64,000 bases of DNA from Sphingomonas phyllosphaerae (GTDB lineage Bacteria > Pseudomonadota > Alphaproteobacteria > Sphingomonadales > Sphingomonadaceae), in contig NZ_JAQIJA010000005.1 in NCBI RefSeq assembly GCF_036946485.1, positions 431,164 through 495,163 of the forward strand. The letters run 5' to 3'. A program made the position numbers and the translations under genes. Shown here one piece after another: positions 1-9,840 of this stretch. The number at the start of each line of letters is the position of its first letter. Position 1 is the stretch's first letter. Under the pieces are notes generated by a model. The model did no database searches and had not been told where the DNA came from. It was given only the letters and a program-made list of their open reading frames with translations.

Positions 1-2586
1 CTGTGCGGTGACATATTCCAGCGCCTGCCAGCGCGTGATGACGTTGGTGCGATTGCCGACCTTGGCATTCCCCGCCACCGCGCCGATGCGCGGATCGGCG
101 AACCAGTGCGTCAGCTTGGCGATCGTGTCGGCTTCGAACTGCGTATCGGCGTCGAGCGCGATCACCACGTCGCCGCGCGCCTGCGCCAAAGCGGTGTTGA
201 GCGCGCGCGCCTTGCCGCCGTTCTCCAGCGTCAGCAGTCGGACGCGCGGGTCGATCCCGAACGCCGCCTGCACGACGTCGCTGGTGCCGTCGGTCGAGCC
301 GTCATCGATCACGATCACCTCGATGCGCGGTCCGGTGCTGGCGAGGATGCGGCGCACCGACGCCTCGATCACCCGCGCCTCGTTGAACGCGGGGATCAGC
401 ACCGACACGAACGTCGGCACCAGATGCGGTGCATTGTCCGGCACCGTCTCGCGCCGCCGCCGCCACAGCGCCAGCCCGGTCAGCGCCAGCGCACGCGCCA
501 TACCGATCGCGATCACCACCGCGAACAGCACCGCCCCGGCGTCGCGCAGCCACGCCAGTCCGTCGAACAGCCCGCGCGTCCCCGCCGCATCGGCGGCCGC
601 ATGACCGCGCAATTCGGGCATGACGGTGGCGGGCGAGAGCCGGGCAAGCGTCGAGACAGGCACGAAATCATAACCGCGCGCCCGCAGACCGCGAATGATG
701 AGCGGCAACGCCTTGATCGTCTCGGTCCGGTCGCCGCCCGAATCGTGGAGCAGCACGATCTGCGCCGGGCGCTCGGCGGTACCCGCCGCGACCTGCGCGA
801 TCACGCGCTGCGCGATGACGTCGGCCTTCGGCCCCTGCCAGTCGAGCGGATCGACGTTGAGACCGACGGTCAGATACCCCAGCCGCGCCGCGACCCGCGT
901 CGCGTGCAGCTCGTCGCGGCGATCGGGATCGGCGTCGCCGAGGAACGGCGGGCGGAACAGCGTCATCGCGCGGCCGGTATAGGCTTCGACGATCCGCTCG
1001 GTCGTCTTCAGCTCCAGCGCGATCGCGCGCTCGGATCGCCGCGACAGATCGGCATGCGAGGTCGAGTGGTTGCCCAGTTCGCTGCCCTGCGCGACGATCC
1101 GCCGCAGCAGCGTGCCCTGTCCCAGCGCGTTGGTGCCGGTAACGAAGAAGGTGGCAGGCGCCTTCTCGCGCGCCAGCACGTCCAGGATCTTCGGCGTCCA
1201 GGCCGGGTCCGGGCCATCGTCGAAGGTCAGCGCGATCTGCCGGCGATGCGCACCGGTGCGCTCCACCGTGTCCGGCTGCGGCAGGCGCACGAAGCGGGCC
1301 GCGCGGATCAGCCCGTCGCGCCACGTGACGGCGCGTTCGCCGGGAGCCGCCTCGGCGCTCATGCGCATGATCTCGCCCTGTCCGCGCACGGTGATCCCGG
1401 TCGCGACCGGCATCATGCGCAGATCGGGCCGCGCCGCGCCGGACAACGCGCGCCACACCGACGGGTCTTCGCTCCCCAGCCGCCACAAGGCGACCCCGGC
1501 CGCCCCGGTGCGCCGCACCACCGCCATCTGGTTCGCGGCGCTGGGCGCGTCGAGCATCCACACCTCATGGTGCTGCCCCGCGCGGTCATAGGCGAAATGC
1601 GTATTGCCGCTCGCGGCGTCGAACTGCGGCACCGCCCCGGCCTGCGCCGCCAGCGCCAGCGCCTCGGGAATGGCGAGCGGCTCGGTGGTGCGCCCCTGCC
1701 AGTCATAGGCATAGCTGCCGATCGCCACGATCGCCTTGTCCGCGCCGGCCTGCGCCACCGCTTGCGCGACGACGCGGGCGAACCACGGCTGCGATGCGAT
1801 CGGCCCCGCCGCCCCGCCCATCCAATGTTCGTCATAGGCCATCAACACCAGCCGGTCGGCCGCCGCGGCATAGGCGCGCAAATCCCACGCCGGATCGGCG
1901 ACCGGCACGGCCAGCGCGACCGTCCAGCCGCGCGGGGCGAAGCGTGCGCGCAGCTCGCCAAGGAAAGCACGATAGTCGCGGTGCGCGCGCGCGGGCAGGC
2001 TTTCGAGGTCGAGCATCACGCCCGCGCCGCCTTCGCGCGCGACCAGCGCGACGATCTGGTCCGCGAACCGCGCGCGTGCCGGACCGTCGGCCAGCAGCGC
2101 GGCGGTGCCGGCGCCGTCCCAGCTCCCGTCCTCAGCGGCGTTCTGCACCATCGGCAGGAGACGCGGCCGACGCGCGGCACGCGCCAGCACCTGCCGCATG
2201 TACGGATCGTCCTCCGCGACGAAGCGATGCGCCTCGCCGGTGACCGTCGCCAGCCCGGGGACAAGCCACTCCAGCTCGCCGACATGCGCCGCCAGCGATT
2301 GCCGCGACGGCGCATCCCACGGCATGTAGAAGCCCATCGTTCCGCCGGTCAGCGCCGCGCCGCTCTTCGGGGGCAGCCAAGCGCCCGGCGTGACGTCGCG
2401 CGCGGGGGCCGATGTTGCAGCGCGCGGCGCATCGGGGAGAGAAAAGCGCGGCTGAGTCGCCGTGATCGGGCGCACGATCGCTGCGATCAGCAACACGGCG
2501 AGCAACATCGGCACGGCCACCGCCACGCCCAGCGCAACGCGCACCCGTCGGGCGCGTCGCCCGCTGGCATCGTAGAAAATCGCCAC
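1..2586 (-). CDS. Multidomain exopolysaccharide enzyme: TM anchor + GH18-like domain + NodB/CE4 polysaccharide deacetylase + family-2 glycosyltransferase (3-prime end lies beyond the window)
   Basis: This reverse frame is absent from the ORF track because it has no stop inside the window. My translation from GTG 2586 gives VAIFYDASGRRARR, then TM LLAVLLIAAIV. GH18-like: MGFYMPWD and LVLMAYDEHW. NodB motifs near 1050-1230: ALTFDDGPDP and LGNHSTSH. GT2 near 140-400: SVLIPAFNE, VIDDGSTDGT, LDADT. Codon phase is identical at 2586, 1224 and 306. Confidence 0.75.
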   Translation of the reverse strand, partial: MAIFYDASGRRARRVRVALGVAVAVPMLLAVLLIAAIVRPITATQPRFSLPDAPRAATSAPARDVTPGAWLPPKSGAALTGGTMGFYMPWDAPSRQSLAAHVGELEWLVPGLATVTGEAHRFVAEDDPYMRQVLARAARRPRLLPMVQNAAEDGSWDGAGTAALLADGPARARFADQIVALVAREGGAGVMLDLESLPARAHRDYRAFLGELRARFAPRGWTVALAVPVADPAWDLRAYAAAADRLVLMAYDEHWMGGAAGPIASQPWFARVVAQAVAQAGADKAIVAIGSYAYDWQGRTTEPLAIPEALALAAQAGAVPQFDAASGNTHFAYDRAGQHHEVWMLDAPSAANQMAVVRRTGAAGVALWRLGSEDPSVWRALSGAARPDLRMMPVATGITVRGQGEIMRMSAEAAPGERAVTWRDGLIRAARFVRLPQPDTVERTGAHRRQIALTFDDGPDPAWTPKILDVLAREKAPATFFVTGTNALGQGTLLRRIVAQGSELGNHSTSHADLSRRSERAIALELKTTERIVEAYTGRAMTLFRPPFLGDADPDRRDELHATRVAARLGYLTVGLNVDPLDWQGPKADVIAQRVIAQVAAGTAERPAQIVLLHDSGGDRTETIKALPLIIRGLRARGYDFVPVSTLARLSPATVMPELRGHAAADAAGTRGLFDGLAWLRDAGAVLFAVVIAIGMARALALTGLALWRRRRETVPDNAPHLVPTFVSVLIPAFNEARVIEASVRRILASTGPRIEVIVIDDGSTDGTSDVVQAAFGIDPRVRLLTLENGGKARALNTALAQARGDVVIALDADTQFEADTIAKLTHWFADPRIGAVAGNAKVGNRTNVITRWQALEYVTAQ

Positions 2587-2655
2587 GCCTGCTTTCGTCC
2601 CATCGTCCCGATCGATGGCACGCCGGATAGCCGCGGTTGACGAAGAAGCGGTTAA

Positions 2656-3444
2656 CTACGGCGCGTCGGCGCCTCCCTCTCCCAGGATCCAGCCAGCGTC
2701 CGGGGTCGTGGTGCGCTGTTGCCGCGCCGACATGGAGCGGAGGCGTGCCGGATCGAGCAGCACGATCCGCTGCCGGTCCCGCGCGACGAGCCCGGTGTCG
2801 GCCATCTGGCGGAAGACGCGGTTCACGTGCACCGCGGTCAGCCCGAGATGGTCACCGATCTGCTCCTGCGTCAGCGGCATGTCGAAACCCTCGTCTCCGG
2901 CCATCCCCAACGGGCGCAGCCGTTCCTGGACGTCGAGCAAGAGCGCGGCGACCCGCGCGATCGCCGGCGTGCGCCCGATCGCGGCCAGCCGATCCATCAG
3001 CGCGACGCGCTCACGCTGCACGCTCAGGAACATGGCGGCGGCGAAGCGCGGCGAACTGGCGAACAGCGCGCCGAACGCCTGCAGCGACACGCGGCTGACC
3101 GTGACCGGCGTCAGCGCGGTCAGCGTGTCGGCGGCCTGCGCCAGGCACATGCTGGGCGTCCCCAACATGTCGCCGGGGAGGTGGAATTTGACGATCTGGC
3201 GCTCGCCACCGGGCAGCAGCACCGACGCGCCCACCCACCCGCTGAGCAGAAGGTAGATGTAGCGCGGCGGCTCGCCCTCGCGGCGCAGCACGGCATGGCG
3301 GGCTAGCGCGACGGGCGGCTCGCCCAGCGCCTGGACGCGCTCGATCTCCGCCTCGGACAGCGGCAGGAATTCTCCGAAACGATGAAGCGGCAATCGTGAA
3401 GGCACACGGTTTTCCCGGAAAGAACTACCCGCCATCCTAGTCAT
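2656..3444 (-). CDS. Crp/Fnr family transcriptional regulator
   Basis: 262-aa ORF. cNMP-binding-like barrel (YIYLLLSGWVGASVLLPGGERQIVKFHLPGDMLG) and C-terminal HTH (LTQEQIGDHLGLTAVHVNRVFRQM). Confidence 0.85.
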   Translation of the reverse strand: MTRMAGSSFRENRVPSRLPLHRFGEFLPLSEAEIERVQALGEPPVALARHAVLRREGEPPRYIYLLLSGWVGASVLLPGGERQIVKFHLPGDMLGTPSMCLAQAADTLTALTPVTVSRVSLQAFGALFASSPRFAAAMFLSVQRERVALMDRLAAIGRTPAIARVAALLLDVQERLRPLGMAGDEGFDMPLTQEQIGDHLGLTAVHVNRVFRQMADTGLVARDRQRIVLLDPARLRSMSARQQRTTTPDAGWILGEGGADAP

Positions 3445-3607
3445 GGTTCTATCCCATTAGCGCTGATCCATTTTATGACCCCGCTCACTTTCTCGGCGCC
3501 ACCGATCGACGCAAACGATCGCGGCGATTTGGGCGTGACGCGCCGTGCGGATCGCGGCACGATGTCGACGAAGACAGGGGATTCTCATCATCGTGACCTT
3601 TCGTGCC

Positions 3608-6600
3608 ATGACCGCCGTTGCCTTGTGCCTGCTCGCCGCGCCGCTCGCCGCGCAGGACAAGCCGGTCGAACAGACCCAGTTGCCCGAGAACGAGGCGACC
3701 GCACCGACGCCCGATCCCGCCGGAACCCTGCCGCCCCCCGCCCCGGCGACCGCGGCGGCGGGCGCAAAGGACGCCAAGCCGGCGAAATGGGACGTCAACG
3801 CCCCGCGCGGGCTGCGCACGAAGCAGGTCCGGATCGCAACCGACGAAGGCAGCTGGATGAACGTCGACGTCTCGCCGGACGGGCGGACGATCGCCTTCGA
3901 CCTGCTCGGCGACATCTATACGATGCCGATCGCAGGCGGCACGCCGACGCGCATCGCCGAGGGGCTGGCGTTCGAGCATCAGCCGCGCTTCTCCCCCGAT
4001 GGCCGGCGGATCGCCTTCACCTCCGATCGCGGCGGGGGCGACAACATCTGGGTGATGAACGTCGACGGCAGCGACAAGCGGCAGGTGACCAAGGAAGACT
4101 TCCGCCTCCTCAACCAGCCGACGTGGAGCCCGGACGGTCGTTTCATCGCCGCCAAGAAGCATTTCACCACCGGCCGCTCGCTCGGCACCGGCGAGGTGTG
4201 GCTCTACCATGTCTCGGGCGGCGGCGGGGTGCAGCTCGTCAAGCGCGCCAGCGAGGTGCTGCAGAAGGAACTGGGCGAGCCGATCTACGCGCCCGACGGC
4301 AAGAGCATCTATTACACGCGCAACGTCTCGTCGGGGCCGATCTTCGAATATGCGCAGAACTCGCGCACCGACCTGTTCGACATCGAACGTTATGACATCG
4401 ACAGCGGCGAGGTAACGACCGCGGTCAGCGGCGTCGGCGGCTCGGTGCGCCCCACCCCGTCGCGCGACGGCAAGATGATTGCCTTCGTCCGCCGCGACGA
4501 CAATGTCACGAAATTGTGGGTGAAGGACCTCGCCACCGGCGTCGAGCGGATCGTCTACGGCCCGCTCGATCGCGACGTACAGGAGACGTGGGCGGTCACC
4601 GGCGTCTACCCGAACATGAGCTGGACCGCCGATGACAAGGCAATCGTCTTCTGGTCGGGCGGCAAGCTGCACCGCGTCGGAGTCGATGGCGGTTCGGCGA
4701 GCGTGATCCCGTTCCGCATCGACGACACGCGCGTGATCGCCGAGGCCGCGCACCCGCAGGTCGAGGTCGCGCCCGCGCGCTTCATGACCAAGGCGACGCG
4801 CTGGGCGACCGTCTCGCCGGACGGCAAACAGGTGGTGTTCGAGACGCTCGGCAAGCTCTGGATCAAGCCGCTAGCGGGCGGCGCACCCAGGCGGCTGACG
4901 CGCGCCACCGACGAGCTGGAGCTGTGGCCGAGCTGGTCGCGTGACGGGCGCACGATCGTCTTCACCGGCTGGACCGACGCCGGGCTCGGCCAGATTCGCA
5001 CCGTCGCGGCGGGCGGCGGCGCGGCGAAGGCGGTGACGACGGTGGCCGGCCATTACCGCCGCCCGCGCTTCTCGCCCGACGGCAGGACGATCGTCTTCGA
5101 ACAGGGCGAAGGCGGCGAGCTGACCGCGCCGCGCGGCAATTCCGGCACCGGCGTCTATCGCGTGGCGGCGACCGGCGGCGCGCCGGTGCGGGTCGCGAAG
5201 GACGCCGCGTCGCCGCAATTCGGCCTCGCCAGCGACCGCGTCTTCCTGATCGTCAACGAGGGCAACAAGCGCCAGCTGGTCAGCACCGACCTGTCGGGCG
5301 AGAACCGCCGCGTCCATGCCGCGGGCGAGCTGGTCAACGACTTCCAGATCTCGCCGGCCGGCGACTACGTCGCCTTCCGCCAGAACTACGAAGCGTTCGT
5401 GATGCCGCTGATGCCCGGCACGCAGGCGGTCGAGGTCGACGCCAAGTCGGGCGCGCTGCCGGTGACGCGGGTCAGCGCGGACGGCGCCGACTTCATCAAC
5501 TGGTCCGACAACGGCAAGCGCCTCCACTGGAGCGCCGGCCCGACGCTCTACTCTGCCGACACCGCCGCCTTGTTCCGCGCCGCGCCGGCGGACGAGGACG
5601 CCGCCAAATTCGTGGCGCCGCGCACCGGCGTGTCGCTGTCGATGGACGTCGCCGCCGCCAAGCCGACCGCGACGGTTGCGCTCACCGGCGCGCGCGTCGT
5701 GACGATGGCGGGGGCCGATGGCGGGATCATCGATAACGCCACGGTGCTGATCCGCGGCGACCGGATCGTCGCGGTCGGGTCGCGCGCGTCGGTGCCGGTG
5801 CCGGCCGGTGCGACAACCGTCGACGTCAGCGGCAAGACGATCGTCCCCGGCTTCGTCGACGCGCACGCGCACGGCCCGCAGGGCGACGACGAGCTGGTCC
5901 CGCAGCAGAACTGGTCGGCGATGGCCAATCTCGCGCTCGGCACCACCACCGTCCACGATCCGTCATCGCGCTCAGCGGAGATCTTCCCCGCCGCCGAGAT
6001 GCAAGCCGCCGGGCTGGTGCTCGCGCCGCGCACCTTCTCGACCGGCGAGGTGATCTATGGCGCGAAGAGCCCCGACGTCTATGCGCAGATCGACAGCTAT
6101 GACGATGCCTTGTCGATCGTCCGCCGGCTGAAGGCGCAGGGCGCGCATAGCGTCAAGAACTACAACCAGCCGCGTCGCGAACAGCGCCAGATGGTCGTCG
6201 CTGCCGCGCAGGCCGAGGGGATGGAGGTCGTGCCCGAGGGCGGTTCGCTCTACACGCTCGACATGACCCTGGTGTCGGACGGCAATTCGACGCTCGAGCA
6301 CAATGTTCCGCTCGAGCATTTCTACAATGACGTGCTCAGCCTCTGGGCGCAGACCACGGTCGGCTACACCCCGACCTTGGTCGTCGCCTATGGCGGGCTC
6401 GCGGGCGATCCGTACTGGCGCGCGCACAGCGACGTGTGGCGGCACCCGTTGCTCACCCGCCATGCCCCGCCCGCCTTGCTGGCGGCGCAGAACGCCCGCC
6501 GCCCGATCGCGCCCGAGGAGGATTATGTCGACGGCGCCACCGCCCGCGAGGCCAAGAAGCTCGCCGACAAGGGCATACCTGTCGCCATCGGCGCGCATGG

Positions 6601-6982
6601 CCAGCAACCGGGGCTCGGCGCGCATTGGGAGCTGTGGAGCTTCGTGCGCGGCGGAATGACCCCGATCGAAGCGCTGCGCGCCGGCACGATCGCGTCGGCG
6701 ACCTCGCTCGGTTACCAGAAGGACGTCGGCTCGCTGGAACCCGGCAAGCTCGCCGATTTGGTGGTGCTCGACGCCGATCCCACCGCCGACATCCGCAACA
6801 GCGACAAGATCAGCCGCGTGATGCTCGGCGGTCGCCTGTATGAGGCCGCGACGCTCAACGAAGTCGCGACCGGCAACCGCAAGCGCCTGCCTTATTGGTG
6901 GGAAACGGCTGGCGGCCGCGGCGCGGACACCGGCGCGAAGGTGACGGTCGGTCACGGCCATGGCAACAGCGACCTCGACTGA
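3608..6982 (+). CDS. Secreted TolB-like beta-propeller / metal-dependent amidohydrolase fusion protein
   Basis: ORF 3545..6982. I moved the start to ATG 3608, which gives the signal peptide MTAVALCLLAAPLAAQ. Repeated PD40-type motifs (VSPDGRTIAF, FSPDGRRIAF, WSPDGRFIA, VSPDGKQVVF). Amidohydrolase motif IVPGFVDAHAH in the C-terminal third. Confidence 0.85.
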   Translation: MTAVALCLLAAPLAAQDKPVEQTQLPENEATAPTPDPAGTLPPPAPATAAAGAKDAKPAKWDVNAPRGLRTKQVRIATDEGSWMNVDVSPDGRTIAFDLLGDIYTMPIAGGTPTRIAEGLAFEHQPRFSPDGRRIAFTSDRGGGDNIWVMNVDGSDKRQVTKEDFRLLNQPTWSPDGRFIAAKKHFTTGRSLGTGEVWLYHVSGGGGVQLVKRASEVLQKELGEPIYAPDGKSIYYTRNVSSGPIFEYAQNSRTDLFDIERYDIDSGEVTTAVSGVGGSVRPTPSRDGKMIAFVRRDDNVTKLWVKDLATGVERIVYGPLDRDVQETWAVTGVYPNMSWTADDKAIVFWSGGKLHRVGVDGGSASVIPFRIDDTRVIAEAAHPQVEVAPARFMTKATRWATVSPDGKQVVFETLGKLWIKPLAGGAPRRLTRATDELELWPSWSRDGRTIVFTGWTDAGLGQIRTVAAGGGAAKAVTTVAGHYRRPRFSPDGRTIVFEQGEGGELTAPRGNSGTGVYRVAATGGAPVRVAKDAASPQFGLASDRVFLIVNEGNKRQLVSTDLSGENRRVHAAGELVNDFQISPAGDYVAFRQNYEAFVMPLMPGTQAVEVDAKSGALPVTRVSADGADFINWSDNGKRLHWSAGPTLYSADTAALFRAAPADEDAAKFVAPRTGVSLSMDVAAAKPTATVALTGARVVTMAGADGGIIDNATVLIRGDRIVAVGSRASVPVPAGATTVDVSGKTIVPGFVDAHAHGPQGDDELVPQQNWSAMANLALGTTTVHDPSSRSAEIFPAAEMQAAGLVLAPRTFSTGEVIYGAKSPDVYAQIDSYDDALSIVRRLKAQGAHSVKNYNQPRREQRQMVVAAAQAEGMEVVPEGGSLYTLDMTLVSDGNSTLEHNVPLEHFYNDVLSLWAQTTVGYTPTLVVAYGGLAGDPYWRAHSDVWRHPLLTRHAPPALLAAQNARRPIAPEEDYVDGATAREAKKLADKGIPVAIGAHGQQPGLGAHWELWSFVRGGMTPIEALRAGTIASATSLGYQKDVGSLEPGKLADLVVLDADPTADIRNSDKISRVMLGGRLYEAATLNEVATGNRKRLPYWWETAGGRGADTGAKVTVGHGHGNSDLD

Positions 6983-6990
6983 CGACGCAA

Positions 6991-7033
6991 CCCTGCGGCC
7001 CATCCTCGACACGCTCGAGGATGGGCCGCAGGG
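6991..7033. terminator. Bidirectional hairpin terminator between convergent genes
   Basis: Perfect 19-bp inverted repeat ccctgcggcccatcctcga / tcgaggatgggccgcaggg with a 5-nt loop, starting 9 nt after the stop at 6982. Confidence 0.6.
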
Positions 7034-7129
7034 TCGGCCGTAGCGCGCAAGACGGCCAGCGCTGGCCCTTCACAGATCGACCGCGCCCGGAGATGCGGCG
7101 CAATCGGTCGGGCGATGACGAGCGGGGCG

Positions 7130-8335
7130 TCAGCCTTGCCGCTGCACGCCGCGCCGCGCCCAGGTGCGTGCGCGTTCCAGAACCGGCTCCTCGAAATATC
7201 GATAGCTTACCCACGCGATGGCGATGGTCATCGAGAACGAGACGGTAGCGATGATCCCGCAGCGCAAAAGACTATCGACCTGTTGCGTATCGATCGCGGC
7301 AGTGACGAAGGTGAGGACGAGTTGCTGCCAGATGTAGACGCCGAATGACAATTGGGCGAATTTCTCGATAATCTTGTTGTCGATCAGTCGCCCGAAATCG
7401 ACATGTTGTACAACCACCAGGAACATGGCGACGGCGATAGGCAGCTTCGGAAAGGCAAAGGGCGGGGTCGGCACGGCAAAGGGCGCGGCGATCAGCCTGA
7501 ACACCACGAACGGCACAAGCGCGCCAACACCCAAGACCAGGATCGCCCGCACCGCGGCCGCATATCCGACTTTCTCCCGCGGCGCCGTCTGCACCCCGGC
7601 CGCCAGCGTGCCGATCGCGAACATCGCGAAGAACCCGAACGCATTATAGGTCGGGAACCAACTGACGGCCGTCTCGGCAACCTCATATCGAGCGGCCGTG
7701 GCGACGTCGGCCTTGGGTAGCCATTCGTAAGCGACGGCATGGAGCAACAGCGCCGCCAGGATGACCGCCGACCAGACATACCGCCCCCGCCATCCGCGCA
7801 GCAGCCCCGGTGCGACCGCGCGAAAGGCCAGGAAAGCGGCCGGCATGAAGATGTAGGACGACACCTCCATCGACAGTGACCAGAGAGGTCCGTTGGAATC
7901 GGTTGGAAAGAAAGTCAGCCAGTGCCACGCACTGACGAAAGCGAAGCCGGACATCAGCCTCAGGATCGTCCAGTCGTTGAAATAGCCAAGATAGAAGATG
8001 CCGACAGCAACACTGACGATGAGACAGACCCACGTCGCCGGAACGATGCGCGCTATCCTCATGATAGCGTAATAACGCATGTCGAAGGTTCGCGCCGCGT
8101 CCGATCTTCTCCAGAACGGCAATGCCAGCAAGAAGCCGCTCAGCACAAAGAACACCGACACGCCGAACTTGCCCTTTTCGGCCCAATCCAGAACAGTCAA
8201 CAGTCCGACGGGAAGATCCGGCTTGCGCACCGAAAAAGCAAGATGATGGATGAAGACTGCCGAGCACGCGATGACGCGCGCGAGATCAGCCCCCTTTATG
8301 GTGTCGCGAAGCATTATGAACCCTTTAACCCCCAC
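7130..8335 (-). CDS. Acyltransferase family 3 integral membrane protein (O-acyltransferase)
   Basis: 401-aa ORF, hydrophobic throughout (about 10 TM segments). N-terminal RVIACSAVFIHH-type motif typical of acyltransferase_3. Visibly lower G+C than its neighbours. The start could instead be ATG 8314 (MLRDT). Confidence 0.7.
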   Translation of the reverse strand: MGVKGFIMLRDTIKGADLARVIACSAVFIHHLAFSVRKPDLPVGLLTVLDWAEKGKFGVSVFFVLSGFLLALPFWRRSDAARTFDMRYYAIMRIARIVPATWVCLIVSVAVGIFYLGYFNDWTILRLMSGFAFVSAWHWLTFFPTDSNGPLWSLSMEVSSYIFMPAAFLAFRAVAPGLLRGWRGRYVWSAVILAALLLHAVAYEWLPKADVATAARYEVAETAVSWFPTYNAFGFFAMFAIGTLAAGVQTAPREKVGYAAAVRAILVLGVGALVPFVVFRLIAAPFAVPTPPFAFPKLPIAVAMFLVVVQHVDFGRLIDNKIIEKFAQLSFGVYIWQQLVLTFVTAAIDTQQVDSLLRCGIIATVSFSMTIAIAWVSYRYFEEPVLERARTWARRGVQRQG

Positions 8336-8630
8336 AAGCGGTTAGAATTAATTCCGGGATTTCGCAACGGCGGCATCGTGGCCGAACGCGGGATGGCGGC
8401 AGATTCCGGCTTCATGGGTGTGGCGGGACATGGGCATGACGCGCTGCCGACGGCCTGCTTCATCTCACGGCGCCGCTCGTCAACCGATGAGGTCGGGTGA
8501 ATCCGCACGATCTACGTTGACGACCACGCCCGGACTGTGGCACTCGGCCTTCGTATCGCACGCGGGTTTGCCACCGGAACGGAAAACCGGAGCATCCACG
8601 GCGGCCAGATCGGCGCTAAGTCGTTGATTT

Positions 8631-8704
8631 GCGGGTGTAGCTCAATGGTAGAGCAGAAGCTTCCCAAGCTTACGACGAGGGTTCGATTCCCTTCACCCGC
8701 TCCA
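8631..8704 (+). tRNA. tRNA-Gly (anticodon CCC)
   Basis: 74-nt cloverleaf read by eye. Acceptor GCGGGTG/CACCCGC; D arm GCTC-AATGGTA-GAGC; anticodon arm GAAGC-TTCCCAA-GCTTA (one G-A mismatch at the base); T arm GAGGG-TTCGATT-CCCTT; encoded CCA. Confidence 0.85.
8657..8704 (+). repeat. attL-like direct repeat (3-prime 48 nt of tRNA-Gly)
   Basis: aagcttcccaagcttacgacgagggttcgattcccttcacccgctcca, identical to 27776..27823. Confidence 0.85.
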
Positions 8705-8853
8705 AGCTTTTCTGCCATTTTCCGATTGCCACCTGCTGAGGTGCTGCGGTGAGACTGCGGTGAAAAGCGCGTTTGCGCTTCAATAACGGTCGTTACCCGC
8801 ATGCTCGCCCCGCCTCCCGTTGCCTTCGATGATCGACGACCGCTTCCGCCCAC

Positions 8854-9249
8854 TTGCAGACATCGCGGGGGAGGTGCGACAACGACGGTGTGGATGAGAG
8901 CGCAAAGCTATTTCGGGCCGAGCAAAAATGCCTCGCTGACGCGGGCGGACCTATTCGCTCGTTGAAGAGGCAGATCGCAGACGGAACGATAGCGCTTGGG
9001 GCGTTTGCCACCGTCATGTGGGCTCTTGCCGAGGGATTGAACGTTCTTCCGCGCAACCCGGACAACTCCATCAAGCTGATCTACTTCGGCCCTGTACTCA
9101 TCACCTTATCGGCGATCGCCGCCTTATCTCTTCGAACCGGCATTACGAAGCGCCGCCCACTTAGGCTTGTCGCATGGAGCGTGATTGCATTGGCTGTGAT
9201 CGCAATTCCTGCGGGAGTGGTCGACTCGCTCGGCCGGAACGGCGGCTAA
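8854..9249 (+). CDS. Hypothetical membrane protein
   Basis: 131-aa ORF with hydrophobic segments (IALGAFATVMWALA, LIYFGPVLITLSAIAALSL, LVAWSVIALAVIAIPAGVV). No recognisable domain. Confidence 0.4.
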   Translation: MQTSRGRCDNDGVDESAKLFRAEQKCLADAGGPIRSLKRQIADGTIALGAFATVMWALAEGLNVLPRNPDNSIKLIYFGPVLITLSAIAALSLRTGITKRRPLRLVAWSVIALAVIAIPAGVVDSLGRNGG

Positions 9250-9357
9250 TCGCCAGAAGCAGATATTCCGCTTGCGCCAGATTGTGTTGAAAAAGGCCGT
9301 CTTGCAGTAGTGTCGCTGATCTGTTTCAATCTTCGCGAGGTGAGCGGAGACGGGCCG

Positions 9358-9840
9358 ATGATCGGCGAGCGGATGGTAGCCCAGGAGGCGCTGTTCTACA
9401 GCTTCAACCTCGAGCGGCACGTGCCGGCGGACCGTTTGCTGCGCTCGATAGACCGGTTCGTGGATCTGTCGGGCATCGCGAGGAGCTGAAACACTTCTAC
9501 AGTGAAACGGGTCGCCCCTCGATCGATCCGGAGCTGATGATCCGGATGCTCATCATCGGCTATTGCATGGGTAACCGGTCCGAGCGGCGGCTATGCGACG
9601 AAGTTCATCTGAACCTGGCCTATCGCGGGTTCTGCCGGTTGGGCTGGAGGGCGATGTGCCCGACCATTCGACCTTCTCGAAGAACCGGCGCGGACGCTTT
9701 CGCGACAGTGACCAGTTGCACCGGTTGTTCGAGACGACGGTCGCACGCTGCATGACCGAAGGCTTGGTGGCGGCGAAGGGTTTGCGGTCGACGCCAGCCT
9801 GATCCGAGCCGATGCCAATCGCCAGCCCGGCAGTCCTATG
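9358..9840 (+). pseudogene. IS5-family transposase remnant (N-terminal part only, several frame disruptions)
   Basis: Three frames must be joined to read the protein. Pieces: MIGERMVAQEALFYSFNLERHVPADRLLRSIDRFVDLSGI-stop; HFYSETGRPSIDPELMIRMLIIGYCMGNRSERRLCDEVHLNLAYR; GLEGDVPDHSTFSKNRRGRFRDSD; FAVDASLIRADANRQ. These match the conserved N-terminus of IS5/IS1182-type transposases. There is no DDE part and I saw no inverted repeats. Confidence 0.7.

Noticed and set aside
106-2640. 844-aa plus-strand ORF (and 8..604, 668..1561, 1794..2243 and others) covering the left end
   Set aside because: The translation is an Arg/Gly/Asp/His-rich shadow with no motifs. The opposite strand reads as a coherent GH18-like/CE4/GT2 protein with canonical motifs. 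These are typical antisense open frames of high-GC DNA.
8512-8853. 113-aa minus-strand ORF (and 8537..8752 plus) across the tRNA
   Set aside because: These ORFs overlap the tRNA-Gly gene and have no RBS or motifs, so I treat them as spurious.
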